Virus record (IMG/VR): IMGVR_UViG_2585427774_000008
DNA length: 41,590 nt
From: a virus
Taxonomy: Duplodnaviria; Heunggongvirae; Uroviricota; Caudoviricetes
Strand: one strand, 5' to 3'
Part shown: in pieces, positions 16,852-26,899 of the stretch
How positions within the stretch are numbered: position 1 is the first letter of the stretch
Layout of the letters: every line of letters begins with the position of its first letter
Notes under the pieces: generated by a model
The model's database searches: none
Told to the model about the DNA's origin: nothing
What the model saw: the letters and a program-made list of their open reading frames with translations, nothing else
Made by a program: the position numbers and the translations under genes

Positions 16852-17465
16852 TGAACCAACAATTATTTCAAAAGGCGGCTGGTATCAGCGCCGGACTGGC
16901 TGTGCGCTGGTTTCAACCAGTAGATGCAGCGATGAAAGAATTCGGCATTACAGCACCCGCGGATCAGGCCATGTTCATCGCTCAGGTAGGTCATGAGTCA
17001 GGCGGCTTTAGCGCTGTAGTTGAAAATTTGAACTACACACCATCTGCGCTGGTGGCGACCTTCGGAAAGAGGATCACACAGCAGCAGGCTGATGCGCTTG
17101 GCAGAACAACCGAACACGCAGCCCGCCAGGATGCTATCGCCAATCTGGTGTATAGCAACCGCCTGGGTAACAAAGCGCCCGGCGACGGCTGGAAATATCG
17201 CGGCAGAGGGTTAATTCAAATCACTGGCCTCGACAATTATCGCACCTGCGGGGCGGCGTTGAAGTTAGACCTCGTTACTTCACCTGAACAGCTCGAACAG
17301 GAACTTCAGGCAGCACGCTCTGCCGCCTGGTTCTACACATCCAAAGGGTGCATGGCCTACGGTGCCGATATTACTCGTGTTACGCGCATCATTAACGGCG
17401 GCCTGAATGGCATTGATGACCGCAAAATCCGCTACAACAAAGCGCGGGCGGCGCTGCTGGTATGA
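16851..17465 (+). CDS. Endolysin, glycoside hydrolase family 19 (chitinase-like)
   Basis: 204-aa ORF; GH19-type motifs AQVGHESGGF, NLNY, GRGLIQITGLDNY. Confidence 0.85.
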   Translation: MNQQLFQKAAGISAGLAVRWFQPVDAAMKEFGITAPADQAMFIAQVGHESGGFSAVVENLNYTPSALVATFGKRITQQQADALGRTTEHAARQDAIANLVYSNRLGNKAPGDGWKYRGRGLIQITGLDNYRTCGAALKLDLVTSPEQLEQELQAARSAAWFYTSKGCMAYGADITRVTRIINGGLNGIDDRKIRYNKARAALLV

Positions 17466-17854
17466 AAATGAGTTATTGGGTGCTCATTGTGACGTTTATC
17501 GCCTGTATTGCAGGCGGTCTTGTCTGGTCAGCGGATCACTACCATGGAAAATTTCTGGAGGAACAGCGTCGCGCTGACGATGCAGAACAGCGTGCTGATT
17601 CCTCTGAGACCATCACCGCGAATGTCCTGCGCACCGTAGCAATAACGAACATCATTCTGGAGACAAACCAACATGCTAAGCAGCAGATCGCACTGGAGTC
17701 ACAGAGAGCCGAGAACGATATCAAAGCTGCTGTTGCGGATGATGATTGTGCTGTTCGTGTTGTGCCTGCTGGCGCAGTTAAGCGGCTGCACGAATACGCG
17801 AACGGTCTACGTGCCGGTTCCGGTAGTTCCATTACCAGCCAGCCTGACGGCTGA
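17462..17854 (+). CDS. Rz-like inner-membrane spanin
   Basis: 130-aa ORF, N-terminal TM helix (YWVLIVTFIACIAGGLVW) then charged coiled-coil-like region. Confidence 0.7.
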   Translation: MKMSYWVLIVTFIACIAGGLVWSADHYHGKFLEEQRRADDAEQRADSSETITANVLRTVAITNIILETNQHAKQQIALESQRAENDIKAAVADDDCAVRVVPAGAVKRLHEYANGLRAGSGSSITSQPDG

Positions 17855-18017
17855 AACACCCCAGCCAGAATTACCCGACCCGTTTACGTGGGGAGCAAGT
17901 CTTGATCTGAATGTCGCGTTGCTGTCAGCGCTGGCGCAGTGCAACAGGGATAAGGCTGATATCAGGACTTTCGAGAACAACAGGGCAGGACAAACCGATG
18001 GCACGATTAAACGTTGA
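17739..18017 (+). CDS. Rz1-like outer-membrane lipoprotein spanin, +1 frame overlapping Rz
   Basis: 92 aa from ATG at 17739; lipobox LLAQLSGC followed by Pro-rich sequence (VYVPVPVVPLP); extends past Rz stop. Confidence 0.65.
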   Translation: MMIVLFVLCLLAQLSGCTNTRTVYVPVPVVPLPASLTAETPQPELPDPFTWGASLDLNVALLSALAQCNRDKADIRTFENNRAGQTDGTIKR

Positions 18018-18183
18018 AGTTACCCCACCAGACAGCGAGGCGCTGAACGGGATTTTTGCAGAGATTGAGCGCAAATATGCGCGTCAGCCGCTGACGCCAA
18101 AAGTAATTGATGAAATGCAACGCGAAGCGACGCGCCTTGTACGGCGAATGATAACCACAAAGGTTACGTTCGTCCGGGACTGA
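17998..18183 (+). CDS. Hypothetical small protein
   Basis: 61 aa from ATG at 17998 with AGGA SD; followed by hairpin gaagccc...gggcttc (18190-18217). Confidence 0.35.
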   Translation: MARLNVEVTPPDSEALNGIFAEIERKYARQPLTPKVIDEMQREATRLVRRMITTKVTFVRD

Positions 18184-18239
18184 CATTACAGAAGCCCTTC
18201 ACACTGAGGGGCTTCGATAATGGAGCACTGGAATTATTC

Positions 18240-18860
18240 ATGAACAGACCACACCCACCAGCGCATTTTACGATGCCACCTGACCCGAAGCCGTACATCA
18301 GCATAATGCCCGCCAGTGACGTTGGCGAGTGGCTGAATCAGCACATCCTGAGCGATGAGGGTGACCTCTACAACCCTGATCACCAGCATTTGCTTGAAGC
18401 GGATCTGTGCTTTCTCTGGGCGTCGAACACTTTCGAGAAGAAAGGGCGGTCCGTGCTGGGGCAGGCGGAAGAAGTGGCAATGCGGGCTAGAGGCTGGCAG
18501 AAAGCGCGGATGGAGCAGCAGATGTATGAATGGTTCGGCAGGGTGCCGCAGTACATCATCACGCTGGCCGCTGATTACTGCTCGCAATGTTCTGATCTGG
18601 AGTTCTGCGCCCTGATAGAGCACGAGCTTTATCACATCTGCCAAGCGACAGATGAGTTTGGCGCGCCGAAGTTCACGCAAGAGGGGCTGCCAAAGCTGAA
18701 GCTACGCGGCCACGATGTGGAAGAGTTTGTGGGCGTGGTTCGCCGTTACGGTGCGAGCCGTGATGTGCAGGAAATGATTGATGCGGCGAATCAGCCAGCG
18801 GAGGTTGCTCATCTCGATATTGCCAGAGCTTGCGGGACGTGCATGCTGCGACTGGCTTAA
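18240..18860 (+). CDS. Hypothetical protein with HExxH metallopeptidase-like motif
   Basis: 206-aa ORF; ALIEHELYHI motif; start uncertain. Confidence 0.5.
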   Translation: MNRPHPPAHFTMPPDPKPYISIMPASDVGEWLNQHILSDEGDLYNPDHQHLLEADLCFLWASNTFEKKGRSVLGQAEEVAMRARGWQKARMEQQMYEWFGRVPQYIITLAADYCSQCSDLEFCALIEHELYHICQATDEFGAPKFTQEGLPKLKLRGHDVEEFVGVVRRYGASRDVQEMIDAANQPAEVAHLDIARACGTCMLRLA

Positions 18861-18890
18861 AACTGGACTGAATAAGACGAATGGTGATTT

Positions 18891-19364
18891 ATGGCTGCAT
18901 TAAAACCTGATGTGAAAGCCTTCATCATTCAGTCGCTTGCGTGCTATGACACGCCGACGCAGGTGGTTGAGGCTGTCCAAAAAGAATTCGGGATCAAGAT
19001 CACCCGCCAGCAGGCTGAATCTCACGACCCCACGAAGGCCAGCGGTAAGACGCTCGCCAAAAAGTGGATCGAGATGTTCCACGCTACGCGCGAACGGTTC
19101 CTGACCGAAACCAGCGACATTCCGATCGCGAACAAATCCTATCGCCTCCGCGTGCTTGACCGCATGGCAACCAAAACCGAGGGGATGAAAAACTTCTCCC
19201 TGACGGCGCAGCTGATTGAACAGGCCGCGAAAGAGGTTGGCGACGCTTACACCAATAAGCTGAAGGTTGAAAGCACTGGCAAGGATGGCGGCCCGATCAA
19301 GACCGAGACGACCAACCTCACCGCAGATCAGGCCGCAGAGATTTACCGCAAGATGATGGGGTGA
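18891..19364 (+). CDS. Putative terminase small subunit
   Basis: 157-aa ORF immediately upstream of terminase large subunit; N-terminus MAALKPDVKAFIIQSLACYDTPTQV recalled from small terminase-like proteins. Confidence 0.55.
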   Translation: MAALKPDVKAFIIQSLACYDTPTQVVEAVQKEFGIKITRQQAESHDPTKASGKTLAKKWIEMFHATRERFLTETSDIPIANKSYRLRVLDRMATKTEGMKNFSLTAQLIEQAAKEVGDAYTNKLKVESTGKDGGPIKTETTNLTADQAAEIYRKMMG

Positions 19365-19389
19365 TAGCCGCATGTTGCGGCTATGGATT

Positions 19390-19602
19390 CTAGGCTTGTT
19401 TTGGTCGAGTAATACGGCCAAGAGCTTTAATTGCAGCGACTTTGACGTTGTGATTTAGATCCGAAGATAAATCAAGTAAGCGATTTACATGAGCTGGCGT
19501 TGCTGAAGCACTCTCGCCGAGAGCATAAATTGCAGACAATTTTACTTCGTTGTTAAGGTCGTTGGTTAATTCCAACAACTTAGCGCTAACTGCTGGTGTC
19601 AT
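19390..19602 (-). CDS. Small HEAT-repeat-like protein (antisense moron)
   Basis: 70 aa from ATG at 19602 with AGGAGG SD; two repeats LNNEVKLSAIYALGE / LNHNVKVAAIKALGR; region appears AT-rich. Confidence 0.4.
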   Translation of the reverse strand: MTPAVSAKLLELTNDLNNEVKLSAIYALGESASATPAHVNRLLDLSSDLNHNVKVAAIKALGRITRPKQA

Positions 19603-19673
19603 AAAACCTCCTGTAATTGGTACATAAACAATATCAACTTTGTTACGCAAAAACTCAATGCCTGGAATTGTTT

Positions 19674-21296
19674 ATGCCTCTTCCGTTTGAATTCGATTTC
19701 AGAAACCCTGATTACCAGATGGTTTTTGAATGGCGGATGGAGCGCTTACAGCGCATTCGCCAGAACCCTGAAATGCTACCAGCGCTAAAGCAGTTTTATC
19801 GCACCAACCCGGCACAGTTCATCATCGACTGGGGTATGACTACTGACCCGCGTAACATCGATTATGGCCTGCCGGTCACCATCCCTTTTCTGCTGTTCCC
19901 GAAACAGGAAGAGTGGATTCACTGGATCATGGAGCGGCGCGAACGACTGGAGAACGGCATCACCGAAAAGAGCCGCGAAATGGGGCTCAGTTGGACCGCG
20001 ATCGGGCTGGCCTGCTCGCTTTGTCTCTTCAACAAAGAAATGGTTATCGGTTTCGGCTCCCGTAAAGAGGAATACGTCGACAGCACCGGTGACCCGAAGG
20101 CGCTGTTCTGGAAGGCGCGAAAGTTCGTGGAAACACTGCCCATCGAGTTTCGTGGTTCGTGGGACGAGAAGAAGCATGCGCCGTATATGCGCGTTGAGTT
20201 TCCAGATACTGGCGCGGTTATCAAAGGCGAGGCTGGCGACAATATCGGACGTGGTGACCGTACCACGCTCTACCTGGTGGATGAAGCTGCATTCCTCCAG
20301 CGTCCTCTGTTGATTGATGCGGCGCTGTCGCAAACCACCCGTTGCCGTATTGACCTGAGCTCGGTTAATGGCATGGCGAACCCGTTCGCGCAGAAGCGCC
20401 ACGGCGGAAAAATACCAGTATTCACGTTCCACTGGCGAGATGACCCGCGCAAGGATGAAGAGTGGTATCGCAGGGAGTGCGAGAAAATCGACAATCCGGT
20501 GGTGGTGGCGCAGGAACTTGACCTGAACTACAGCGCATCTGCGGAAGGCGTCCTGATCCCGTCCGACTGGGTACAGGCTGCCGTCGACGCGCATATCAAA
20601 CTTGGTATTCAGCCAACGGGCAAGCGACTGGGCGCGATGGACGTCGCCGACGAAGGCCGGGACAAAAATGCCTTTTCGACCCGTCACGGCTTCCTTCTGG
20701 AGAACGTGCGTGAATGGTCCGGCGTTGGCAGCGACATTTACCAGTCTGTTGAGAAGGTCTTCGGCTTTTGCGAACAGGACAACCTCGAAGAGTTTCGCTT
20801 CGACGAGGACGGCCTGGGTGCTGGCGTTCGCGGCGATGCGCGCGCCATCAACGAACTGCGTTACGCAGCGCGCCGACCGTCAATACTCGCCACACCGTTT
20901 CGTGGTAGCGGCGCGGTATTTGATCCGGACGATGAAGCGGTGCGCGGGGACAACGGACAGGCCGCACGCCTGAACAAGGACTTCTTCGCCAACGCCAAGG
21001 CCCAGAGCTGGTGGTGGCTACGCAAGCTTTTCCAGAACACCTATCGCGCCGTGGTTGAGGGCATGGCCTACAACCCGGACGAAATCATCTCAATCAGCAG
21101 CGCCATGGCGAGCAAAGACAAACTCATCATTGAGCTGTCGCAGCCGACCTACTCCATTAATGGCGTGGGGAAAATCGTTGTTGATAAACAGCCTGATGGC
21201 ACCAAGTCGCCGAACCTCGCCGACTCGGTGATGATCAGCTACGCGCCAATGAATTCAGCCCTGAACATCTGGGAGCTGCTAGGGAGACAGGCCTGA
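19674..21296 (+). CDS. Terminase large subunit
   Basis: 540 aa from ATG at 19674 (track starts at TTG 19617); Walker B-like [11 protein letters not shown]; position before portal. Confidence 0.8.
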   Translation: MPLPFEFDFRNPDYQMVFEWRMERLQRIRQNPEMLPALKQFYRTNPAQFIIDWGMTTDPRNIDYGLPVTIPFLLFPKQEEWIHWIMERRERLENGITEKSREMGLSWTAIGLACSLCLFNKEMVIGFGSRKEEYVDSTGDPKALFWKARKFVETLPIEFRGSWDEKKHAPYMRVEFPDTGAVIKGEAGDNIGRGDRTTLYLVDEAAFLQRPLLIDAALSQTTRCRIDLSSVNGMANPFAQKRHGGKIPVFTFHWRDDPRKDEEWYRRECEKIDNPVVVAQELDLNYSASAEGVLIPSDWVQAAVDAHIKLGIQPTGKRLGAMDVADEGRDKNAFSTRHGFLLENVREWSGVGSDIYQSVEKVFGFCEQDNLEEFRFDEDGLGAGVRGDARAINELRYAARRPSILATPFRGSGAVFDPDDEAVRGDNGQAARLNKDFFANAKAQSWWWLRKLFQNTYRAVVEGMAYNPDEIISISSAMASKDKLIIELSQPTYSINGVGKIVVDKQPDGTKSPNLADSVMISYAPMNSALNIWELLGRQA

Positions 21297-22765
21297 TGGC
21301 ACGAAACAAGCAATCCTCTCAGCGAACGGCACAGGCCACCGCTGACGGCTACGAGAACTTCGTCGCCCGCGTTGGGATGCAGACGCCTAACCAGCATTCA
21401 GCATCGACCTACCGGGCGAACTTCACCAGCCGCAACCGCATGCTGGTGGAATGGTCATATCGCGGTTCGTGGGTTATCGGTGAAGCGGTCGACGCTATCC
21501 CGGACGATATGACCCGAAAGGGCATTCGCATCACTTCGGAGATTGACGCCAAAGACCGTGGCACCCTCGAAGCGCAACTGGATGAGTTGCAGATCTGGGA
21601 TGCGCTGAACGACGTGCTGAAATGGTCGCGCCTCTACGGCGGCGCGGTCGGCTTCATCATGATCGAGGGGCAAGCACCAATGACCCCGCTGCGACTCGAA
21701 ACCATTGGCGAGGGCAAGTTTAAGGGCATTCTCCCGCTCGACCGCTGGATGATTAACCCGGTGCTGACACGCCGCATTAAAGAGATGGGGCCGGACCTCG
21801 GCAAGCCTGAGTTTTACGACGTGGTGACCACCGCAACGGGTATTCCGGCCTGGCGCATCCATCACAGCCGCCTGATCCGCTTTGATGGCGTCACGCTGCC
21901 ATTCCAGCAGAAGATGACCGAAAACGAATGGGGAATGTCGGTTGTAGAGCGTATCTGGGATCGGCTTACTGCGTTCGATAGCGCTACTGTCGGCGCGGCG
22001 CAGCTGGTCTATAAAGCGCATCTGCGTACCTATAGCGTGGAGAAGTTGCGCGAGCTTATCGCGCTTGGAGGCCCGGCGTTCGAAGCGTTGCTGAAGAACA
22101 TCGACCTGATCCGCCAGTTCCAGAGCAATGAAGGTATGACGCTCATGGACTCGCGGGATAAGTTCGAAACCCACCAGTACAGCTTTAGTGGTCTGGATGA
22201 CATTCTTTCGCAGTTTGCTGAGCAGATCAGCGGTGCCGTTGGTATCCCGCTGGTACGCCTGTTCGGTCAATCCCCGAAAGGCTTCTCTACTGGTGATGCA
22301 GACCTCGCCAACTATTACGACCGGGTGAGCTCATTGCAGGAGCGCCGCTTACGGCTGCCGATGCGCCGGATACTGGACATTATGCACCGCTCGGAACTCG
22401 GAAAGCCGCTGCCGGACGATTTCACGTTTGAGTTTAACCCGCTATGGCAAATGTCAGACGTTGACCGATCAACGGTGGCCGTAAACACCACCAACGCGAT
22501 CAGTACCGCGCTGGGCGACGGATTGATGACGCGTAAGGCGGCGATGACCGACCTGCGCGAAAACTCTGACGTCACCGGCATCGGGGCATCCATTACCGAC
22601 GAGGATATCGAGAATGCCGAAGACGAAGCGCCGCCAGGCATCGGCGAACTTGGCGACAAACCGCCAGAGCCGCCAGGCGGAGATCCGATATCGAACGAGC
22701 CTACGGCAGATAGCGCGGGCGGTCGGGGATATCGTAAATGGTCGCTACGATGGTTCAAACGATAG
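21296..22765 (+). CDS. Portal protein
   Basis: 489-aa ORF after terminase; ATGA overlap with terL stop; acidic C-terminal tail. Confidence 0.75.
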   Translation: MARNKQSSQRTAQATADGYENFVARVGMQTPNQHSASTYRANFTSRNRMLVEWSYRGSWVIGEAVDAIPDDMTRKGIRITSEIDAKDRGTLEAQLDELQIWDALNDVLKWSRLYGGAVGFIMIEGQAPMTPLRLETIGEGKFKGILPLDRWMINPVLTRRIKEMGPDLGKPEFYDVVTTATGIPAWRIHHSRLIRFDGVTLPFQQKMTENEWGMSVVERIWDRLTAFDSATVGAAQLVYKAHLRTYSVEKLRELIALGGPAFEALLKNIDLIRQFQSNEGMTLMDSRDKFETHQYSFSGLDDILSQFAEQISGAVGIPLVRLFGQSPKGFSTGDADLANYYDRVSSLQERRLRLPMRRILDIMHRSELGKPLPDDFTFEFNPLWQMSDVDRSTVAVNTTNAISTALGDGLMTRKAAMTDLRENSDVTGIGASITDEDIENAEDEAPPGIGELGDKPPEPPGGDPISNEPTADSAGGRGYRKWSLRWFKR

Positions 22766-23387
22766 CGTCACCGAAATAATGGATGCGCTGGAGCGCTACA
22801 GCGAAATCATCACCCCTTGGGCGACTAAGGTTGCTGAGAGCTTCACCGCCGACATTGCGCGCCAGAATGAAAAGCAGTGGCGTCAGCACAGTCGGAACAT
22901 CAGCGCAGAACTACGCAACATGGTCGACCGCGCCCCGGTAGGCCAGGTGATGAAATCCATCGTCGCCGAGCAAATTAAGTACATCAAATCTCTGCCTCTT
23001 GAGGCCGCCGATCGGGTGTATGACATTCAGAACAAGGCCATCGAGGCTGTAGTAACTGGTGGCCGCGCTGAGCCATTCGCGAAAGAGATAGCTGCTTCCG
23101 GTGACGTGTCACGCTCACGAGCGAACCTTATCGCCCGGACTGAGCTTGGGCGCGCAACCGGTGCATTGGATCAGGCGCGTGCGCTGTCAATCGGCTCGAA
23201 TGGTTATATCTGGCGTACAGCCGAAGATGGCGACGTCCGGCATTCTCATCGAGAGATGGAAGGGAAGTTTGTCGAATGGGGCCGACCTCCAACGCTTGAC
23301 GGCATGACCGGTCACGCTGGCGAGCTCCCGAACTGCCGCTGTTACAAAGAAATCGTCTTCCCCAACCCTCATTCTTATCTCGCCTGA
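22614..23387 (+). CDS. Head morphogenesis protein, Mu F / SPP1 gp7-like
   Basis: 257-aa ORF; conserved RTELGRA...YIWRTAEDGDVRHSHREMEGK region; start uncertain (overlaps portal by 152 nt). Confidence 0.75.
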   Translation: MPKTKRRQASANLATNRQSRQAEIRYRTSLRQIARAVGDIVNGRYDGSNDSVTEIMDALERYSEIITPWATKVAESFTADIARQNEKQWRQHSRNISAELRNMVDRAPVGQVMKSIVAEQIKYIKSLPLEAADRVYDIQNKAIEAVVTGGRAEPFAKEIAASGDVSRSRANLIARTELGRATGALDQARALSIGSNGYIWRTAEDGDVRHSHREMEGKFVEWGRPPTLDGMTGHAGELPNCRCYKEIVFPNPHSYLA

Positions 23388-23401
23388 ATCGCAGGTAAAC
23401 C

Positions 23402-24634
23402 ATGAAATATTTTTTCAATACCCGGCTGGGGGAAACCCGTTATCAGCTGGCTGACGGCTCGCTGCTGTGCAAAGACGTGCCGATAGGTCGAACGGGTAAG
23501 CAGCTTTACGGCGCTGCCGATCTGCCAAACCTCAAACCCGACAAGCTCGGCGAGATAGTCGTAACGCGCTCTCCTGATCAGGTATTCCATCCGGCCACGC
23601 TCGCCTCATTCGAAGGGATGAGCATCACGATCCTGCATCCTGAAGATGAAAACGGGAATGTGCGGCTGGTCAACCCCGAGAACTGGAAAGAGCTTGCGGT
23701 CGGGCATCTTCAGAACGTTCGGCGCGGGACTGGTGATCAGTCTGATTTGATGCTGGCTGACCTTATCGTCAAAGACGAAAGCGCCATTCAGCTGATCGAA
23801 GATGGTCTGCGCGAAGTGTCGTGCGGCTATGACGCTGAGTACGAGCAGACCGAACCCGGAAAAGCCGAGCAGGTCGATATTACCGGAAACCATGTGGCTC
23901 TTGTCCCTAAAGGCAGAGCCGGAAATCGTTGTGCAATTGGAGACAGAGACACAATGGCAAATCAAAAGAAAAGCTGGTGGACCCGCATGCGCACGGCCAT
24001 CAAAACGGGTGATGCTGACACCATGAACGAACTGCTGGACTCTGCGCCAGCGGCGGTAACGGGCGATGAAGGGGATCTGCCGAGCGGCGTTAACCTCAAC
24101 ATTAATCTTTCACCGCAACAACCATTGCCGGACAAAAAGCCGGAAATGGGCGGAGAGCCAACCGGCGACGGCGAGGACGATATCAAAACCTTGCTCAAAG
24201 CCCTGCTGGCTAAGCTGGAAGGTACTGCAACGGGCGATAACGACGATAAGCCTGACGGCAAAGATAACAAAGACCCTACCGGCGACGGTGAGGACGACGA
24301 AGAGGAAACCACGATTACCGGTGACGCTGCTTATCGTGCCGAAGTTATCGTTCCGGGTATCGATCTGAGCCGTAAGGTGAAACCGACCGCGTTCAAACGT
24401 GATGTGCTGTCCGCCGCTGACAAAACACTGGTTCGCCAGGTTGTCGGTGATGCAGATATCCGCAAATTGCCCAAGCAATCGGTCGATATGGCGTTTAACG
24501 CCGTGTCTGAGATTGCCAAAGGGCGAAACACCCGCAGCACCACGGGCGATGCACAACGTCCAAATATGGGCATGACCAGCATCGCTTCCCTGAACAAACA
24601 AAACGCCGACTTCTGGTCTAACCGCAAAGGATAA
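23402..24634 (+). CDS. Putative scaffold/prohead core protein
   Basis: 410-aa ORF with long acidic low-complexity middle (GDGEDD repeats); position between MuF-like and capsid genes. Confidence 0.45.
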   Translation: MKYFFNTRLGETRYQLADGSLLCKDVPIGRTGKQLYGAADLPNLKPDKLGEIVVTRSPDQVFHPATLASFEGMSITILHPEDENGNVRLVNPENWKELAVGHLQNVRRGTGDQSDLMLADLIVKDESAIQLIEDGLREVSCGYDAEYEQTEPGKAEQVDITGNHVALVPKGRAGNRCAIGDRDTMANQKKSWWTRMRTAIKTGDADTMNELLDSAPAAVTGDEGDLPSGVNLNINLSPQQPLPDKKPEMGGEPTGDGEDDIKTLLKALLAKLEGTATGDNDDKPDGKDNKDPTGDGEDDEEETTITGDAAYRAEVIVPGIDLSRKVKPTAFKRDVLSAADKTLVRQVVGDADIRKLPKQSVDMAFNAVSEIAKGRNTRSTTGDAQRPNMGMTSIASLNKQNADFWSNRKG

Positions 24635-24638
24635 TCCA

Positions 24639-25142
24639 ATGACTGCATATTTGTACCGGATGCCTGTTGGCATTGCCGGGGCTATCTCTCGCCCGCAGGA
24701 TTTAACCGTCGAGCCGGTGATCCTTAAATCCGCTAACGCCTTCGCTGCCTATGGTCTGGCTGGCAAATACGACGCTGACGGCTTTTTTGTGCCGCTGGCG
24801 GACGGTGACACCTCCGACAAAGTGAAGGGGATCTACGTTCGTCCGTATCCGACCACATCACAGCCGGACATGGTTCGCCAGGTGGGGACGGATAAGAACT
24901 TCCCGGGCGATGCAATGAAGCGCGGTTACATGACCGTTAACCTTGGTTCTGACTTTGATGCCAGCACCATCAAAAAAGGTGACCCGGTATACGTTGTTGT
25001 CTCCACTGATGAATCTATTAAAGTGCCGCTGGGTGGTTTCTGCTCTTCAAGCGTGGAAGGGAAAACTGTCGTACTCGCGAATGCTGAATTTACTGGTGCC
25101 GGTGACGCTAACGGTAATGCAGAAATCTCCTGGAAGATTTAA
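24639..25142 (+). CDS. Putative head structural/decoration protein
   Basis: 167-aa ORF immediately upstream of major capsid gene. Confidence 0.4.
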   Translation: MTAYLYRMPVGIAGAISRPQDLTVEPVILKSANAFAAYGLAGKYDADGFFVPLADGDTSDKVKGIYVRPYPTTSQPDMVRQVGTDKNFPGDAMKRGYMTVNLGSDFDASTIKKGDPVYVVVSTDESIKVPLGGFCSSSVEGKTVVLANAEFTGAGDANGNAEISWKI

Positions 25143-25153
25143 GGAACAGACAA

Positions 25154-26095
25154 ATGATTACTTTTGATCAGGCAACCGTAGATAGCTCCGGTGCCTTTCT
25201 CATCGGGGAGCTGGAGCGACTCGACCAGACGCTGAACCTGCCTCTGGTGGGGTACACCTGGACCCGAGATATTCAACTGCGTGAAGACGTGTCTATCGCA
25301 GATGACATTTCCAGCTGGACGAATACCAGCTTCGCCGCTGCGGGTACTGGTGCAAATCCGAATGGTAAAAACTGGGTAGGCAAAGACTCCACCGCTATTG
25401 CTGGCGTGAACGTGGATATCAGCAAAGACGGCAATCCACTGAACCTCTGGGGTATGGAACTGGGCTGGACCGTTGTAGAGCTGGCAGCTGCTCAGCAGGT
25501 AGGCCGCCCGATTGATACCCAGAAGTACGACGGGATGCAGCTCAAATGGCAGATGGACAACGACGAGCAGGTTTACATCGGTGATGACGCACTCGGCCTG
25601 AAAGGTCTGGCAAACCTCGTCGGTGTGACGCTGAACAACGCGCCGAAGACCTGGGCGAACTCAACCAACGACGAGATCCTCGATAGCGTGAACAGCATTC
25701 TGTCTAATGCCTGGGCAGCATCCGGTTATTCCATCGTGCCTTCTGATCTGCGCATTCCGCCAGAGCAGTATTCACTGCTGGCGAGCCGTAAGGTTTCCGA
25801 AGCGGGTAACCAGTCACTGCTGACCTATCTGGCTGTGAACACTATCGCTTTCCACCAGAACGGCGTTCCGCTTGAAATCAAAGCGGTCAAATGGCTGAAA
25901 GGGCGTGGGGTTGGCGGTAAAGACCGTATGATCGCCTACACCAACGACAAGAAATACGTGCGCTATCCGCTGGTGCCGTTGCAGAGCGTTCCTGTCCAGT
26001 ATCGCGGTCTGTATCAGATTGCGACCTACTACGGCAAGCTCGGTGCGGTTGAGCCAGTGTACAAAGAAACCCTGTCCTACGTGGACGGTATCTGA
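25154..26095 (+). CDS. Putative major capsid protein
   Basis: 313-aa ORF; size and position typical of a major capsid protein; strong SD AAGGAACAGACAAATG. Confidence 0.6.
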   Translation: MITFDQATVDSSGAFLIGELERLDQTLNLPLVGYTWTRDIQLREDVSIADDISSWTNTSFAAAGTGANPNGKNWVGKDSTAIAGVNVDISKDGNPLNLWGMELGWTVVELAAAQQVGRPIDTQKYDGMQLKWQMDNDEQVYIGDDALGLKGLANLVGVTLNNAPKTWANSTNDEILDSVNSILSNAWAASGYSIVPSDLRIPPEQYSLLASRKVSEAGNQSLLTYLAVNTIAFHQNGVPLEIKAVKWLKGRGVGGKDRMIAYTNDKKYVRYPLVPLQSVPVQYRGLYQIATYYGKLGAVEPVYKETLSYVDGI

Positions 26096-26136
26096 TAACC
26101 AGAACGGCCCCGAAAGGGGCCAGAAGGGAACTGAAA

Positions 26137-26526
26137 ATGGCGAAAGAAAAGCTGGTTACCATCCATGTTCACACCCCGTTTACGCTGACGCTCGGCGATC
26201 AGTCAAAAAGGGAGTTTGGCCGGGGACGGCATAACGTACCGGAAGAGGTCGCGTCGCACTGGTTCACCCAGGCGCACTCCGAGCTTTCCGAAAGCGTGAT
26301 TAGCGACACCGATGATCTGCAACCCATTATCGACAGCCTGCAAGCTCAGATTGCCGACAAAGATAAGCAGATTATCGATAAAGATCAGTTGATTGCCGAT
26401 CTGCGAGAAGCGCTGCTCAAGCTGCAAGAGCAGAACGACAGCCTGCAAGCGCAGATTGCTGCCGCCCAGACTGGCGGTAATGGGGCGAAAGATGCCAAAG
26501 AATCAAAGCCTGCCAACAGTAAGTGA
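26137..26526 (+). CDS. Hypothetical phage protein with coiled-coil segment
   Basis: 129-aa ORF; heptad-like [42 protein letters not shown]. Confidence 0.5.
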   Translation: MAKEKLVTIHVHTPFTLTLGDQSKREFGRGRHNVPEEVASHWFTQAHSELSESVISDTDDLQPIIDSLQAQIADKDKQIIDKDQLIADLREALLKLQEQNDSLQAQIAAAQTGGNGAKDAKESKPANSK

Positions 26527-26899
26527 TTTTCGGCGCGACTTTCCACAGTTTGCTGGCCCTGCCAAATATCCCGAAGCACAAATCCAGTTTCGTCTGAATC
26601 TGGCTGATGTGCTGCTGAGCGAAAACGTCACCGGCAAAGAGTTGTTTCCGTACTTTGTCGAGTTGTTCGTGGCTCACTACATGACGCTCTGGGCGGCAGA
26701 TAGCCGGGCAATGCTCGTCGGCGGCCCGGGTGGCTCAACCAATGGTGTTCAGTCCTCCAAGTCCGTTGACAAGGTAAGCGTCAGCTATGACACCAGCGCG
26801 ACGCTAAACCCTGACGCAGGCTTCTGGAATAACACCCGATATGGCGCTGAATTTTATCAGCTGATCACGATGTTCGGTGCGGGCGGTCGCCAGCTATGA
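26492..26899 (+). CDS. Hypothetical head-tail joining protein
   Basis: 135 aa from ATG at 26492 (track starts earlier at non-ATG); start uncertain. Confidence 0.45.
   Translation: MPKNQSLPTVSDFRRDFPQFAGPAKYPEAQIQFRLNLADVLLSENVTGKELFPYFVELFVAHYMTLWAADSRAMLVGGPGGSTNGVQSSKSVDKVSVSYDTSATLNPDAGFWNNTRYGAEFYQLITMFGAGGRQL

Noticed and set aside
19785-22758. Long antisense ORFs opposite terminase and portal (19785-20687, 21455-22270, 22315-22758)
   Set aside because: Opposite well-supported structural genes; low-complexity translations typical of GC-rich shadow frames.
24110-24673. Antisense 187-aa ORF opposite the scaffold-like gene
   Set aside because: Shadow ORF of a GC-rich gene with acidic repeats; no SD.
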